Positions 1 to 13,715 of a stretch of 64,000 nucleotides of DNA are shown here, in pieces (the stretch's first letter is position 1; every line of letters begins with the position of its first letter). The position numbers and the translations under genes are program-made. The stretch is taken from contig CAXUUL010000016.1 of NCBI GenBank assembly GCA_964255285.1, positions 1-64,000 on the forward strand, in the 5' to 3' direction. The stretch comes from Ionaspis alba (lineage: Eukaryota). The notes beneath the pieces were generated by a model. The model worked only from the letters and a program-made list of their open reading frames with translations. It was not told the DNA's origin and did not search any database.

Positions 1-2325
1 TACTGATGAGTAGGAGGTCGACCCCTACAGTACCGAAGTCGACATATTCCATCGAGGGGGCTAGTGTCTGCATCATAGCGGAAATGAGCTTTGCGGAGTT
101 GATGGCGCAAGAAAACGGAAAGCCTCCGAGTGGCCCAGGGCACGCTATCAGCTGCAGAGAACCCCACGATTGGAACGAGTCGACCGGTTCAGGCTCCGTC
201 GACCATGTGGAACACCTCCAGTGCCGCGTAAAGCAGATCTGGTGCCGGGCTGCAGAGAGACCCTTCGTATCGGCTTTCGGTTGGGGAAGTTGCTCCCAAG
301 CTAGTCCGACTGACATCTGAGCACTTCGTGCATGATTTTCTGTGTCAGCGAAGGTCTCTGTCCATCATATTTTCTCATTCTCTTCCACCAATGGCCACCC
401 TTCCAGTACTGGATGGATTGTCCGAAAGCATGCTTTATTCGGGTCCAGTGACTACTGCAGTTGAAGATCTCGCACATCTCCCGTAGCACCCAGACTGACG
501 GTTACTGTTTTCGCAAAGTAACAGCAGGCCTCGGACGAGTACGTGCTTTGAACAATCCCACATGAACGTACTCGAGTGCAAGCGACACTGCACACCAGTG
601 TTGAAGATCGCATCATACTGGGAACGTGCCTGTTTCTAGACCTGGCCTTATGCTACTCGAGGGTGAAGAATCGGGGGACGTGTGGATCTCCGTGGCCGTG
701 ATGAGCCGCTGTTTCCGTGTGGCGCTTTCGAGATGTTGATGCATGATGGAGAGGATTCCAGGTCTCTTATCGACTGCGACTGCAGAAGCTTACATTTAAG
801 CTTCGCAGCTTGCATTTATTATTGCGTGCATTGGCTGTTCATGCCGGCATCGGCCCGCCCGTATCATAGACGAGTTATTCCTTCCCGCTTTCGTTTCCAC
901 ATTACTCCTGTACCCCACAAATCTGTGACTTCTAATTCCCACTGACGTCTTTGTGTGTTTTGCTGAATTCCGCAGGTTGTCGACTGAGACATTAATCTTC
1001 GCGGCCAATCGGGCATACCGACGCTCACTCACCGCGTACCGCTGTGCAAGTTCAACAATAACACCGGATTGGATTTTGAAATCCACCACCTTACAAGTGC
1101 TGTTTTCTCGCGCGTAGCTAAATGCCTGCAAATATGTCCCACGGTATGGCACCAGTGAATCACTACAGTACCAAAGGGAAAAGACGGACCAGCGACATCG
1201 ATCTCCTGCATTGATAAAGCACCATATTCTCCTTGTGCTTTCAAAGGAAATATTGTACCCTGCATGGCCGTGGCCTTTCGCATAGTAGTGTCATATCCGG
1301 GGACTACTACTCCGTATGGCATATCCACTGCAGTGGCGACCGCACTCGCATGCAAATGCAAGCCACATTGGGAACTCTCGGTGCTCGGGACGGATATCAC
1401 CAAGTTCATATGCGGGAGATGGGCGAAAAGTTTCATTGACCAATCGAATCGGACGACGGTGATGATCTATGAATCTCTTCGAAAGTGCACCAATGCATGT
1501 TTCACTCATTTTTGACCGTCTAGGTCGTGGGACAGTTCGATTGCCATTGCTCCTAGATCAAAACTGAATCATGAACAGCTGAACTTATGTACTGCTCGAC
1601 GTAGTGGAGCAGAACGCGGAGACCTTGGAAGACTAGAAAAGCCATCCGCCCTGAGTGCTGATGTTTGTGTCTTCAATCTATTGGTTATGGCCTTTCAACG
1701 CTGAAGAGCAGCTGTCTTGGGGCAAAGACAACAATATACAATTATTGAACTCTGCTCAGCCTCTTTGTTCCCCTTCTGGAATTCGCCGTCCCGTGTACAG
1801 CTACAACAGACGAAGACCGAATGTCTGAAGCCATTGTCGCATCTGAGCAGGATACTCTTCGTCTCGTTTGTCTTTGCATGAGACTAAGGCAAGCATCGTT
1901 CTGTAATTCAGCTCCGATTGGCTATCTCCATGATGAGAGAAAGGAAGAGAATGATAAAGGCGGAAAGATCTGACTTCACTATGCACTAGATGCCAGTCGC
2001 CCACTCCACATGGTCCGGATGTATTGATCGTGGCGTGAACTGCTTCAGCTGATTTTCGCGGTAACAGCAAAAATGTACACCATAGGACGAACAGTCGTCG
2101 ATCGAACCAGCTGAAGGAATGCAAGAGCTCGAGACTAGAAGATCGAGCAATTTGTCATTACGAAGAGCACCATAACTATAAGAAGGAGGACCACCTTTCA
2201 TACTCGACTTCAGAGCATCAATCTCAAGATCTCATATCTTCCACTTTACAGCAATTTCCTACTCTCCTCCACACAAACTCTTCAGAACGGCTCCACGATT
2301 ATCGTTAGGAGATTCCACTGTCACG

Positions 2326-3069
2326 ATGCCGTCGGGAATGTCCGCGAGCGATGTCTGCGCTGCTATCGATGTCCTCACTACTAAAGCTCAATCATGCCAA
2401 GGTCCAGCCAACCAGATCAACATTGTCAACATAGCTCTTGCTGTTACTGGCGCTGGACCCATTCCGGTACGAATCTTGGTCCGCAATCGTTGTGGAACCA
2501 ACCGGCTGAATCATGTCTAGGTCGTTATTGCCCGCTTGTCAGATATTTGCAGTACTACACTGGATATGATTCCCAGTATCACTCCGACTACATTATCCGT
2601 CAAGTCCGATGAGGACGCAGTGGTCAAGTCCTTCACCACCGTGAGTTGCTTTAGCCGCTCTTGCAGATTGTCGTGTTGACAATCGACCCGAAAGATGGTC
2701 CAAGTATACCAAGCTCTTCTCAACATCCTCATAGGCAAAGCTGGTCTGGTTCCCAACTTGGTTCCGTTTGTGGGTCCACCGGTGGCTGCAACTCTCAGGC
2801 AACTTGAGGCTGTGACTGATGTCAGTTTGTCTTTCATTCTTCCCCCTATTGAGCCCGAATCTGTCTTCATTCTGTACCTGCTTTCGCAGCATTCCCCGCG
2901 ACCCAGATAGGCGTCGTGGGATGCTGACATGACCCTCGTGCAGACTTTAGCTTTCGAGTTGATCGATGCTGTTCCGGACAGTGCCTCCGACTGCGCAAAG
3001 CAGAAGGACACTCTCGACGTGACGATCGGTCAAGCAATTAGCGCTTGGAATGGGGGACTCTCAATCTAG
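2326..3069 (+). CDS. UVI-1-like helical protein, ~170 aa, 4 exons (2326-2466, 2521-2640, 2695-2820, 2944-3069)
   Basis: Three phase-0 GT-AG introns join MPSGMSASDV...GAGPIP / VVIARLSDIC...KSFTT / MVQVYQALLNILIGKAGLVPNLVPFVGPPVAATLRQLEAVTD / TLAFELIDAV...GGLSI*. The QALLNILIGKAG...LRQ.E..D..AF.LID motif matches my recollection of the fungal UVI-1 family. Confidence 0.8.
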
Positions 3070-3714
3070 GAGGCTTTTCCCGGTCATGACTGTGGCGAGA
3101 GCAACACTGACGGTCGTTGTCAATGTCGAGGGATCAAAGATTACAGCAGAAGCTGTGCTAGGGCTATTGTGCACTGGAAAGCAAGTAGAAAAGCTAGTCA
3201 TTGAGATCTATCTTCATATTACAAACTATCGCTCCTGATTCATTGGCCTGATCCCATTGGTTGTGACCATCTGCAACCGTATTCTTATCTTGGGATCCTC
3301 CGGTCGTTGTCCAGCGTCGTAGCTCTCTCTACATAAAGGGCTCTCACCACGCTCTTCCCATAACTGCTATCTCACGCAGTCGTCTGCGAAGCCATGATTC
3401 TATGCCACAGCAAGCGCGGATATTCCTACAGGTGTATCTGCAGATATGATGGTTCTTTCTCACTCATCGCTGCAGTCGTCTCATATCATGCATAAAAGAT
3501 TTGTTTCGATCTACAATATCGGCAACACGCCTCGCCCATCAATTGACTTAGATGTATACCGAAAAATGCAAATAATTATCCGTTGCAAAGGCCACTATCT
3601 ATTCTATGACCTTTGTTACTCATGCTCTGGGCTCTAGTCGATCGACATCTACGGACCGCATTGGGCAGTCACCACCGCCTTCTCTCAAATGGCCTAGCTA
3701 TGTTATACCAGTTT

Positions 3715-5669
3715 CTACTTAGCAGTAAAGCGACTCCTCGCTCTTAGCCTCGCACCATACCACCACAAAGCCCAAATTCCGGCGATGCCCCCGACTGTCA
3801 ACCCGGCCAGCAAGCTCACGCCTTGACCGACACCGAGATTTCGATACAACGGTGTTGCGAATAGAATCGACGCAGCACTCAAAGCTGACCGAGCTACATC
3901 GTTGCCTGCGAAAAGACTGGCCGCGTACTGCGGATATGACAAAGGCACGTATAGGAAGATGCATTGGAAGACGATGAAGATCCCGATGGTGTAGATGGTG
4001 ATCCCTATGACCGACACAATCCAGTGAATCTCACCATTGGAAGTCCAACCGAAGAGGAAAAGACCGATCGGAATGATGAAGCTCGTGATGAGGGCCGGTT
4101 TCAGGCGATCCTCCGAAGGCCCAAGACCTTTGGTGCGGATCCTTGGGTTCACGGAGGTGTAGACGTAGAAGCAGTATGTTGGGAGGGCGATAGCGATGGC
4201 GACCGTGATCGAGAGGAATGTCAGGCCTAGCTCGCCGATGTTGAAGTTGTACCGCTCGAGGTAGACAATGGGAAAGGCCTCGAAGAAAGAATAGTAGATC
4301 TGTGGTGAATGTCAGCGCGTCGATGTAATATGTAATGCGGGAATGCTTACTGCGTAAGTGAGACTGGAGTAGATAGTGACGAAGAAGATGGCGGGATCAA
4401 GAACCATAATCTGAATAGGTCGTATCAATGCTTCGACAAGAATGTCGGAAGCCTTCAGTTTCCTCTGATCTATCTCGCTTTGGCTTTGGAGCTTGTCGTT
4501 GCCAGTGACTTGACGAAGGCGTTTTGCACGGCGGAGCAGGATGTTGGGTGCGGAGGTCTCCGGTAGGCATAGGAAGAGTAGAATGAAGACCGGGCCGGCC
4601 ATCCAGAGAATTTCCCACAATGACCATCGCCATCCCTCAGCAGCAACACTAAAACCTCCTATAATTGGTCCTAGACTTGGTCCACACTAAACAATCAAGT
4701 TAGTTGGCGGCTGATGGATGTGATGAATGAGGTGTTACTTACAGTAGCTGCTGCGACCCAGAATGTCATCAAGAAGGGCAACTGAAACAGATTATACATA
4801 TCACCAAATGTCGCTCCTCCCGTTGCAAGACAAGGACTACCAAAAAAGCCTTGCAGGAATCGAAGCACCAACAACCCGCCGATATTTTCTACTAAAGCTG
4901 TCGGTACACATAGGATGACAAATAACCCGAATGTGATGATGTAGGGTGGATTCCGTCCGATGATTGGGATCTCGCTCAGGGGTGAGAAGAGTAATGGGCC
5001 AAGTCCATAGCCAAGCACATAGAGCGCTAATCCTAACGATGCCACAGGCAAAGATACACCAAATGCCTCAACAACACCGAAGGTGCTGGGTGTGTAGATC
5101 GCGGAGCCCATGTATACTGCGAAGGTGTACAGATCGATCTGAAATGTCACAAACGCCTTCTTGCCCGTCGACCAGTTCTGTGGATTTGCCGGGTCATCCG
5201 TCGTGTACCAATCCACAAGGATCGTTCCATCAGATGTCCGTGCAGGGGTGATTGGTCGAGTGGGATGCTTCTTGATGGTGGCCTGGCTGACTGCTCGCTC
5301 TATGTCCGCTAGGCTGACAACCTTCTCGAGGCCAGTGCGACTTTGGATGCTGGTGATTCTTTCGACCTCCTTCAAGCTTTGTTCTTCGGACTCTGCAGCG
5401 CTCTCGGTGGGGCCTTGGGGCGGTGGTCGCCCGAAAGGGATCTTGGCTTTCTCCTTTTCGACATCTTCCAACGTATCTTCGATACCTGGGAAAGGCGTTT
5501 CTGGAACGGGGTCATGGTGGGAGTGGGTAGGAGAAGGAGGAGTGGGAGGATAGCGATAGCAGTTCGGACACTCGAAATCGGCCTTTTCTTCTGGATATCT
5601 CAGGAATTTATTGCGGGAAACGAAGCGGATAATGTAACCAAGTGTAGTGTCACGGAAGTAGTCTGCCAT
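3715..5669 (-). CDS. MFS drug:H+ antiporter, DHA1 family (FLR1/Caf5-like); introns 4687-4742 and 4300-4350
   Basis: Motifs VDWYTTDDPANPQNWS, LFSPLSEIPIIGRNP, LRFLQGFFGSP, LPETSAPNILLRRAKRLR, PSEDRL, YAASLFAGN; many hydrophobic helices; canonical introns restore frame. Confidence 0.93.
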
Positions 5670-6642
5670 TGCAAAGGAAGATCAAGAGTATAGATGGGGA
5701 AAGACAACTGCAAATATTCCAGAGGACCGAGTGGAAGACTGAGCCTCTTGAAGGATTCAAGAAATAGAAGCTGAAAGGAAAGGGGTAGACTGCTATCTTA
5801 TTTATATCAGCACAGAAAGGACCGAGATCCACTTCATCGCTGATGCAACCCTTCTTTACCAAGCCTCTTTCCGATTACATATTGTATGATAGTTATCACG
5901 GCCAATAGTAGCATAGACAGTCCATGGAATTAGCGGGAATGAAGCTGACCAAAAGCCGGCAGGATTGGCGGTCCTCTCATATCTTTAACTCCACGCCGCA
6001 TTGACACTTACGTGAGCACAATGTTTCGCGAGTAGAGGACCGTTGACTCATATTTCCCTGATGTCGATCAAGAAGATTGCACCGTTGTTAAATGTTGTTG
6101 TGCCAGGCGAAAGGCGCGTTGAGGTGGGAGTATGGGAACGCCAAGTTAATGACTGGGGAGTCGTGACAGCAACACTTCTTCCTATATGTCAGCTTTTCAG
6201 CCGTAGGAGAAAGTACCTAGCCCCGCATTAGCCGTTGGCATTTAGTGATCAACCAGGAAGGATTTCCGTCTATGGCAACCTGCCAAATTCAATTGCTCGA
6301 GGCTTGATTCTAGATGCTACCTGTAGTAGTACGTCCATTCCATGCCGACCGCTTATGTCTCCCAACACAATCGTGCTCTATTTTCCTTATCAAGCGCTAC
6401 AGGTGCCTAGGTAGCCCATCCATATATAGCTGACCGTGACCGCCAAGTACACCAGCAATGTAAGACGCTATAGGATGCAACAGCGACGAACGCCATAAAT
6501 GCAATATAAACTGAACTTTCTCCGGAGAAGCCGTGTATGGTCGACATCGAATAAGTTTCATGAATACATGGTATGATCCTGGATGGGAGGACCGCTCCAA
6601 TGTGGAATGCACAAAGCAGCAACTCAGGGTCCTGTTTCCTGA

Positions 6643-9600
6643 TTATCGGTTGTTGGATTGACTTTATTATATTTCTCTACTAGGGCCTCGATCTTGGGTA
6701 TCAGGTCCGAAATTCTGAATGGCTTACTAACGACCGCGTCCTGTGAAAGATTTGTGAGCATTGTGGACAGGGTCAGAGGCAAGAGATATCTACCATTCCA
6801 GCTTCCATGGCGATATCTATCTGCTCACTCCTTGCGTTGGCAGTCACAGCAATAATCTGGGGATACTGTCAGCCGCACACTTTCCATGAATAAGTCGAAA
6901 TGCAGGCGTAATTTCCACTCACAGGAACATGCCGGGTAACTTCACCCGTCTTCTCAAACTCACGAATCTTCCTCGCACATGTCAAGCCGTCCATAACTGG
7001 CATTTCCTGATCCATCAAGATGACACTAAGCTCTGTACCCTTTTCCTCATGGCCACTCCAGAACTGAGAATCCCTCAGCTGTTCGATGCATTCACCGCCG
7101 TGATTGGCGACATAGACTAAGCAGCCCAATTTTTGGAGTTGTTTCCTTAAGACCTCTATATCCTCCATTAGCGACGGCACGCCCTGCCAATGTACACAAG
7201 CATTGTACGCAACTCACTCTGGTTGACCAAGTTATCCTCCACGATCATGACTTTGAGCAGGTCAATGGACGATTTGAAGTGCGGACCTACACTCTCGGCT
7301 GCTTGATCTGACTTGGTAGACGGTTTCACAATATCCCACGAATATTGCCGCATGGAACTGGACTGCGAACCCGCTTCGATGCTCTGTTCCGGTCCTGGCG
7401 ATCTCCTCGCTTTGATATAGAAAGCAAAAGTGCTGCCTTTGCCGCTCTCCGAAGCAACACCTATCTCGCCACCTTGCAGTTCGACGAGTTCCCGCGATAT
7501 GAAGAGCCCAAGTCCCGAGCCACCGTACTGCACATGTGTTTTGGGACTCGCTTGTGAGAATCGGAGGAAGAGAAGTTTCTTCTCACTGTCGGTCAAACCT
7601 CTTCCGGTGTCCTGTACAGCGAAGTGGATAAACACTTCTTCGCCACTTCCCCAATCCGGACCTTTGGTCAAGTCCCTTTGCTTTTGCCGAACTGGGATAT
7701 ATGAAACGCCTGACTTAGCACCTTGGGAGGGTCTCTCAAGTGATGCAGAAAGTGTAAGAGTGATCGTTCGTTTTTCTTGTGTCGTGGTGAATTTTATGGC
7801 ATTTGTGGTAAGGTTGATTAGAATCTGCAGCAACCTCGAGGGATCGACTTTTACCCATTTTATCTTCAAAGACTCTATAGAATCGTCGATGAAAAATTTC
7901 ATTTTAATGTCAGCTGACTGGAACTCGCTTTCGAACATTTTGAGGGCTTGCTGAACCACGGTCACTGGTCTCACATCGACAGGAGTGACCAAGAGTAGAG
8001 CAGAATCAAGCTTTGATAGCGTGAGAATGTCGGAGACTATACGTGTCTGATGGTTAGCACACAAAGCAATGGTTTGCGCTGCGTCGATATTGCTGTCTAT
8101 CAAGTCGATCGGCAGTGGCGGGCTTTTGGATCTGAGTTTGAAATCAGAAAGAGACGTCAAAATCTCGTCTGCACATTGAAGGATGGCCGATAAGGGGTTC
8201 CTAATCTCGTGGCTTGTTATGTCAATGAAGTTCTCCTGCTGTCTTTTCAATTCAACAGCTTCATCTGTTCTTCTCTTCTGGAAGTCCTCCGCCCACTTTT
8301 GCTGACTGATATTGGTGATGCTTCCGAAGACGCTCTTAAGATGACCGTCTCCACTCTTTTCTGGATATGCGCTGGCGAGGACCCACGTGTCTCCTTTGTT
8401 ACCATTCCTGTCCTGCCATGGCGTCTTAAAGCGAAACTCCGCCGTTATGGGTTCCTTCTTCTCGACCAGATGCTCCCACCATTGTCGCACGATTTCCAGA
8501 TCTTCGTCCTTGACCGATTCCATCCAATGATCCGCACTGTCATCTTCTCTGGGATGTGCGGAGATCTCCCACCACTGGTCATTAACGTACTGCATTCGAC
8601 CCAAGCCATTGGCGATGAACATCCCCACAGGAGCAAACTCTGCCATTCGTGTAAATTTAGTTTCACTTTCCACAGCCTGTTGAGTACGAGCAGCGAGTTG
8701 CTCGGACAACTCTATTCGATCTAGAGCAGCTAGCCTGGCTGCGCGCTGTCCCCGTCGAATTTCCTCCTCAAAAAGCACGACTGAGGCCATGGACGTGGCG
8801 AGCTGCCGACTCAGCAACTGCACAAAGAGATCGTAATCATCGTCGTAAGGTCTCCTCGGATTAACACCAACAACCAGGAAGCCCACAGTGTTGTCACCAC
8901 TTCCTGTCGTAGGATGGATTGCGCATACGACGGCGGCTCGAGGCATCTCTCCAAATCCTCGCCATTCCACACCGCTTATCATGTTGACATCAAGCGTGCC
9001 ATTTTCTGTCTCCAGGAGGATTGGCTTGTCGGCGGAGACAGCTTCTCTGAAGACAGGTCCAAATCCTTCCGTACCAGACTTGAGATCTATCTGTGCCGGA
9101 GCCGCATGGTGCCCTTCTGGAAACTTTGGCAAAGTGCCTTCAAGAAAACATTGCTTGCCCCCCCAAGCACTATTCGAGTGAATTGAAGATGCATCGCTGT
9201 CGCCATCATCCGAAACACTGTATAGTAGCACGAATGGGGTGTCGTATTCGTTGTATTCCAAACCCTTCAAGACCTGACCCCAGAACGATTTGACTTCTCG
9301 CGCAGCCGCGGTCCTTTCACCGACTTCACGCAGGGTAAGCATGCGACGTTCGGCAATCTTTCTCCTGGTCTTTTCGAATGCCGGGTTGTATAAGCCGACG
9401 ACTGATCCATCGGGACCAACTAAGGGTATGATCGACCTATCTTGATAATCAGTATGGTACTAGGCCGACCGTTCGACGCTTGGGGGTGACAACCAAGAAA
9501 AGTACGTTTCCTCCAAGAAACCAGAACGATTCAGAAAAAGACAGTCATCATCTTTCATGGTAGATTGACCCGTCAAAGTTGCCGTTGAGAAAACGGGCTC

Positions 9601-11424
9601 GATGACGCTCCATATCTCTGGCCATGCTTTCGAGTATGGCAGGCCCATAAGATGAGGATGCTTTCTTCCTGCCAGGTGTATATATGCTTCGTTATATATA
9701 GCTGTATAATCATGGCCAAAGTACATTGCCGACGGATTAGGACTTGCCATTATAAGATTGCACATTCCCCGTAGTATCGAAGACCATCCCTCTATAGGTC
9801 CAAGGCTTGTAGAAGCCCAGTCGACGCTCCGAGCGAACTGGATGTGTCGTGGTAGAGCGGTCGAGACAGGTAGTCGGGTCCAGTCAAAAAATCCTTGATC
9901 GTTACGCTGAGCGCTTGATTGTGTATCGCTGTGATTTGCTGTCGAGAGTCGTGAGGCTAGATCTTTGGAAGGGTTTTCTAGTGGGGAGTATTGCCTGTCC
10001 TCAAGATCATGCGCAAGACGAGATACATTATTTAAAGGGGCTGCGGGCTTCGATGAGCCTGCAAATGTCATTGGTGTCACTGGGGCAATATTATTGGAAG
10101 TAGTGCTACCGGTTTCACCATGGCCTGCTTCGGGTAAGGAAAATTGGGCATTCCCAAAGTAATCATTTGGCTCTTCTGGTGCAGCATGGATATCGTCTAC
10201 CTCGGCCCGCGGTTGTGCATTCAAGAAGGCATTACTCAACGAAGATGGAACGGTAGGCCCAGACGATGGCGGATTCGAGTTGACAATGGCGGAGGCGAGG
10301 GGAAGGCTTCCGTTGATCAGCCGAAAGCGTTTCCTCAGTGTGGAACAAGTCCAGGTGATATCTGCAAACAAGAAGGACGGGAGACAGACGTCCATAGATT
10401 CGTTATTGTCGACAAAACTGACAGCCCAAGCTTTGAATTCTGCGAATGTGTCTGTTGCAGCAAGTCCTGGCGACTTACCTACAGTCCTTCCACAGACCGA
10501 GTTATACAGATCTCCATGATCCATGAGCGCTGCGTTTGCAAACATGATCTGGAGCGGTCCCGGTTGGAAGTTGGCCTGAGTACCCATATCCAGAATGAAG
10601 GTTGGTCGGTCATCTTGTTCGAGGAATTCCACTATTCCGATCTGGCTCAATGCCTGGAGATTGCTAGACGGTCTATTCTCTTCCGGTGTCAAGATTTCAG
10701 ACATGGTTGGTCTGTCCAGCGGTAAACGACCGGGAGGAGAGGTGACAGTCCGTGACGGACTGTTACTTGTGCTGAGCGTTCCCCGCGCCATTCTGATTGT
10801 CCTGATGCCACTTCCTTCCTCCGTCCGAGTATTATTGATCATTGTAGCACCCGCTTCTGAGCTCGAGAGTCGTGGGGGAATAGCCGGTCGCGCTCGTGAG
10901 CTGTTTGAGAAGAATAGTGGTGAGGCTGGACTGTCATCAACGAGAGGTCCTTTGGGAAAGGTGGACGGGTCGAGTGTATGACGGGGCCGATAGTGAATGC
11001 GGCTCTTTTTCGCCTGACGCTCAGATCTCCTTGCAATATGTGATGAGGCCTCTAGGGGCAATCGACGCTTTTGCGCTGATGATTGCGATGGTAGAGGATG
11101 AGTAGTGTCGGTTCGGACTACCCCAGATGAGCACAGCGAGCGTTGCCGATTGATAGGAGAATAGAGCGACTCAACTGCCTCGTCTGATGCCAATTGGCCA
11201 TTTGGTAACGTTTCTGTAGCTGGATTGGCGATTTCATGCTCTGGATTCCAGGGGTTGATTACACCTCTTTCGGAAACGTGCACGTAGGGTTCTCCGGATG
11301 TGCTGCTGGGATTGGATATACTGGCCCTCCGTGAAGGGCCTTTGTTGTTAGGAGACTCGGAAAGCGATTGCGGTTGACTCTTGAAGTCGGCAGGACGAGT
11401 GAAAATTGATGGGGAGCTATTCAT
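6643..11424 (-). CDS. Hybrid sensor histidine kinase (PAS/GAF-like sensor, HisKA, HATPase, receiver), about 4 introns
   Basis: H-box ITSHEIRNPLSAI, N-box QILINLTTNAIKF, G-boxes VQDTGRG and GGSGLGLFIS. Receiver VEDNLVNQ...ILMDQEMPVMDG...IIAVTANAR...SKPF. Spliced frame ends at TAA 6645-6643. Confidence 0.93.
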
Positions 11425-11955
11425 AAAGAAGAAACAACACAGCTAGAGGCTCTGGAGGTGCAGCTCACGTCTTGTGTAGTTTCGGCATATCCAGCTCTCG
11501 GAATGGCAAACCACACTTGTCTCAACAATTCAATTCACAGAAATGAAGTTACCGACCCAGGGCCTCTAGAAGATACCTTGCGGGTCTGTGATAATTGCCA
11601 CTCCCAGCACTCTAGCCGAATAATTGGTCGCAAGGACCCCTAGAGATGCCCGGACATTCCACCGCGGCAATGACGTCGGAGGTTGCAGGGCCCAGCCTTA
11701 TCCAGATCTCTATCTTGAGTCAGATCTCACATGCAGATCGAGATGAGGCTGAATTCAGAGTATGTTCGATCTCAATTTTCTTGCTACAGCGCATAAATCT
11801 ATTTATGTGATTTCCCACACTGTCATCGCACATCCCAACCATAAGGTGTTCCTGGGTCCAGTGGTTCAGAGGGCAATGCGCGCATTGACTGATATCAAGT
11901 CGAAGCGGACTAAGAGAATAATATTCAAGTGATATGACAAGAGATACTAGGTTTT

Positions 11956-13140
11956 TTAATCTATCCATGCCCATCTTTTTCTGAACCATTTCATCACATA
12001 TACCAAGGAGACAAGTACGGGTACTTCTATCAATGGACCCACCGTGCTTGCTAAGGCCTGCCCACTCCCAACTCCGTAGACAGCCACGACGACCGCAATT
12101 GCTAATTCGAAGTTGTTACTGGCCGCTGTAAAGCTCTGGGTGCAAGAGACTCGATATCCAAATCCGAAACGCCGGCATAGGGCGACAGTCAATGTGAAGA
12201 CGATGGCGAAGTACACAATCAGTGGGGCGCAAACCCTAAGGACAGAGGTGATCTGGGTCACAACGTGTTGCCCCTGACTGGCAAATAGCACAATGATGGT
12301 GAAGATGAGGCCAATGAGACTCAAAGGGGCCAAGAGGCGGATGAACCACATCTGGTAGTTCCGTTCGCCGATCGCGCGCCTCAGACTCAACCGAGTAATG
12401 ACGGCAGCTGCTAATGGAATTCCCAGGAAGACCGCCACGCTTTGCGCTACCCGAGAATAGTCGACGGTGAGACCTTCGCCGGCATGGCTGACGATCTTGA
12501 TATAAAAGACAGCGAGAGGAGCGAACAAGACGATCTGGAGCAAACTGTTGAATGCCACCAGGACGGCACAATAGTCTCCGTCGCCTCCTGCGAGATCGGT
12601 CCAGATGAGAACCATAGCGATACATCTAGCGATACCAACGAATATCAAGCCCTCCCTCAGATCAGGCCGATCGGGAAGGAAAGCCCATGCCAAACCAACC
12701 ATAAGTAATGGACAGAGTATCCAATTGATGATGAAGGAGACCAGGATTTGGATCCATAGTGCACGGTCTTGTAGGATCAAATGTAAGGTTTCGTAACGGA
12801 CCTTGCAGAGAATAGGGTACATCATGACGAGGAGACCAATGGCTATAGGCAGGCTTACGCCCACGAATTGTCCTTTTTGTAGAGCCGGACCTGTAGAGGG
12901 GACGAATTGGCCAAGTATGATGCCGAGTGCCATGGCAACAATGATCCAGATGACAAGAAAGCGGTCAAGGAAGGACAGGCCTTTGAGCGGTGGTATATCT
13001 TTCGTTGCATGGCTTTCTTCTACCGAACCTGAAGTCAGTTCCTTGCCTGATTCGGAGCATGAAAAGACTTCAAGAGAAGGAGGGCATACCAAGGGGAACA
13101 TCGTGCTCGATGGCTTTGCCGTTGCGGAGAGGATGGTCAT
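11956..13140 (-). CDS. ACR3: Arsenite/antimonite efflux permease, intronless
   Basis: 394-aa hydrophobic ORF with LSFLDRFL, GLLVMMYP, GIARCIAMV, SNNFELAIA and GPLIEVP motifs of Acr3. Confidence 0.95.
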   Translation of the reverse strand: MTILSATAKPSSTMFPLVCPPSLEVFSCSESGKELTSGSVEESHATKDIPPLKGLSFLDRFLVIWIIVAMALGIILGQFVPSTGPALQKGQFVGVSLPIAIGLLVMMYPILCKVRYETLHLILQDRALWIQILVSFIINWILCPLLMVGLAWAFLPDRPDLREGLIFVGIARCIAMVLIWTDLAGGDGDYCAVLVAFNSLLQIVLFAPLAVFYIKIVSHAGEGLTVDYSRVAQSVAVFLGIPLAAAVITRLSLRRAIGERNYQMWFIRLLAPLSLIGLIFTIIVLFASQGQHVVTQITSVLRVCAPLIVYFAIVFTLTVALCRRFGFGYRVSCTQSFTAASNNFELAIAVVVAVYGVGSGQALASTVGPLIEVPVLVSLVYVMKWFRKRWAWID

Positions 13141-13715
13141 TTGGGGTCATGATTTTGCTTTCTTGGACCACGGAGGGCTCAACCGTGTTCATGATTGTGA
13201 ATCGGAAGAGTGATGAGATGCCTCTGCAACATCAGGCGCACGAACGGGACTACTTTTATATCCGGCATTTTTGATGGACTTGGTTGAAGTGCTCAGTGCA
13301 GCCAATAAGAACAAGGCAGTGACACTGACTTCCAGCCCTGCGAGGCTCACATTTTCAATGCCCATGGTAAGCTGTGATTGGTCTGAGGAGAAGCTTCTTG
13401 CATTGCAGAGGACTAGACACAATTGTGCAGAAACACCTCCTGAGAGAGCACACTTCCTGGAACTCCACAAGACTCACGGGAGGCAGCCAAAGCCTTCAAT
13501 GAATCCTGTCACGAGTGGTAGAAGTTGCATGTGAAGGAGGGTAAAGACGCCAAGCCCTGACTCTCGCGTCCCATTCATGCACATCTGAGGCACTGTTTGC
13601 CCCACCAACCTCCAATCCCTCTACTCCGACCTCTATATAGCTCACCGCTCACAACACTCTCCACAACTCACAATACGAGGCTATCTTGAAAGACTCTCAA
13701 AGGCACTCACAGAAA

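Noticed and set aside
1..2200. Several 60-135 aa ORFs, some protein-like on the minus strand
   Set aside because: No recognisable family or consistent splice model. A decayed gene is possible but unsupported.
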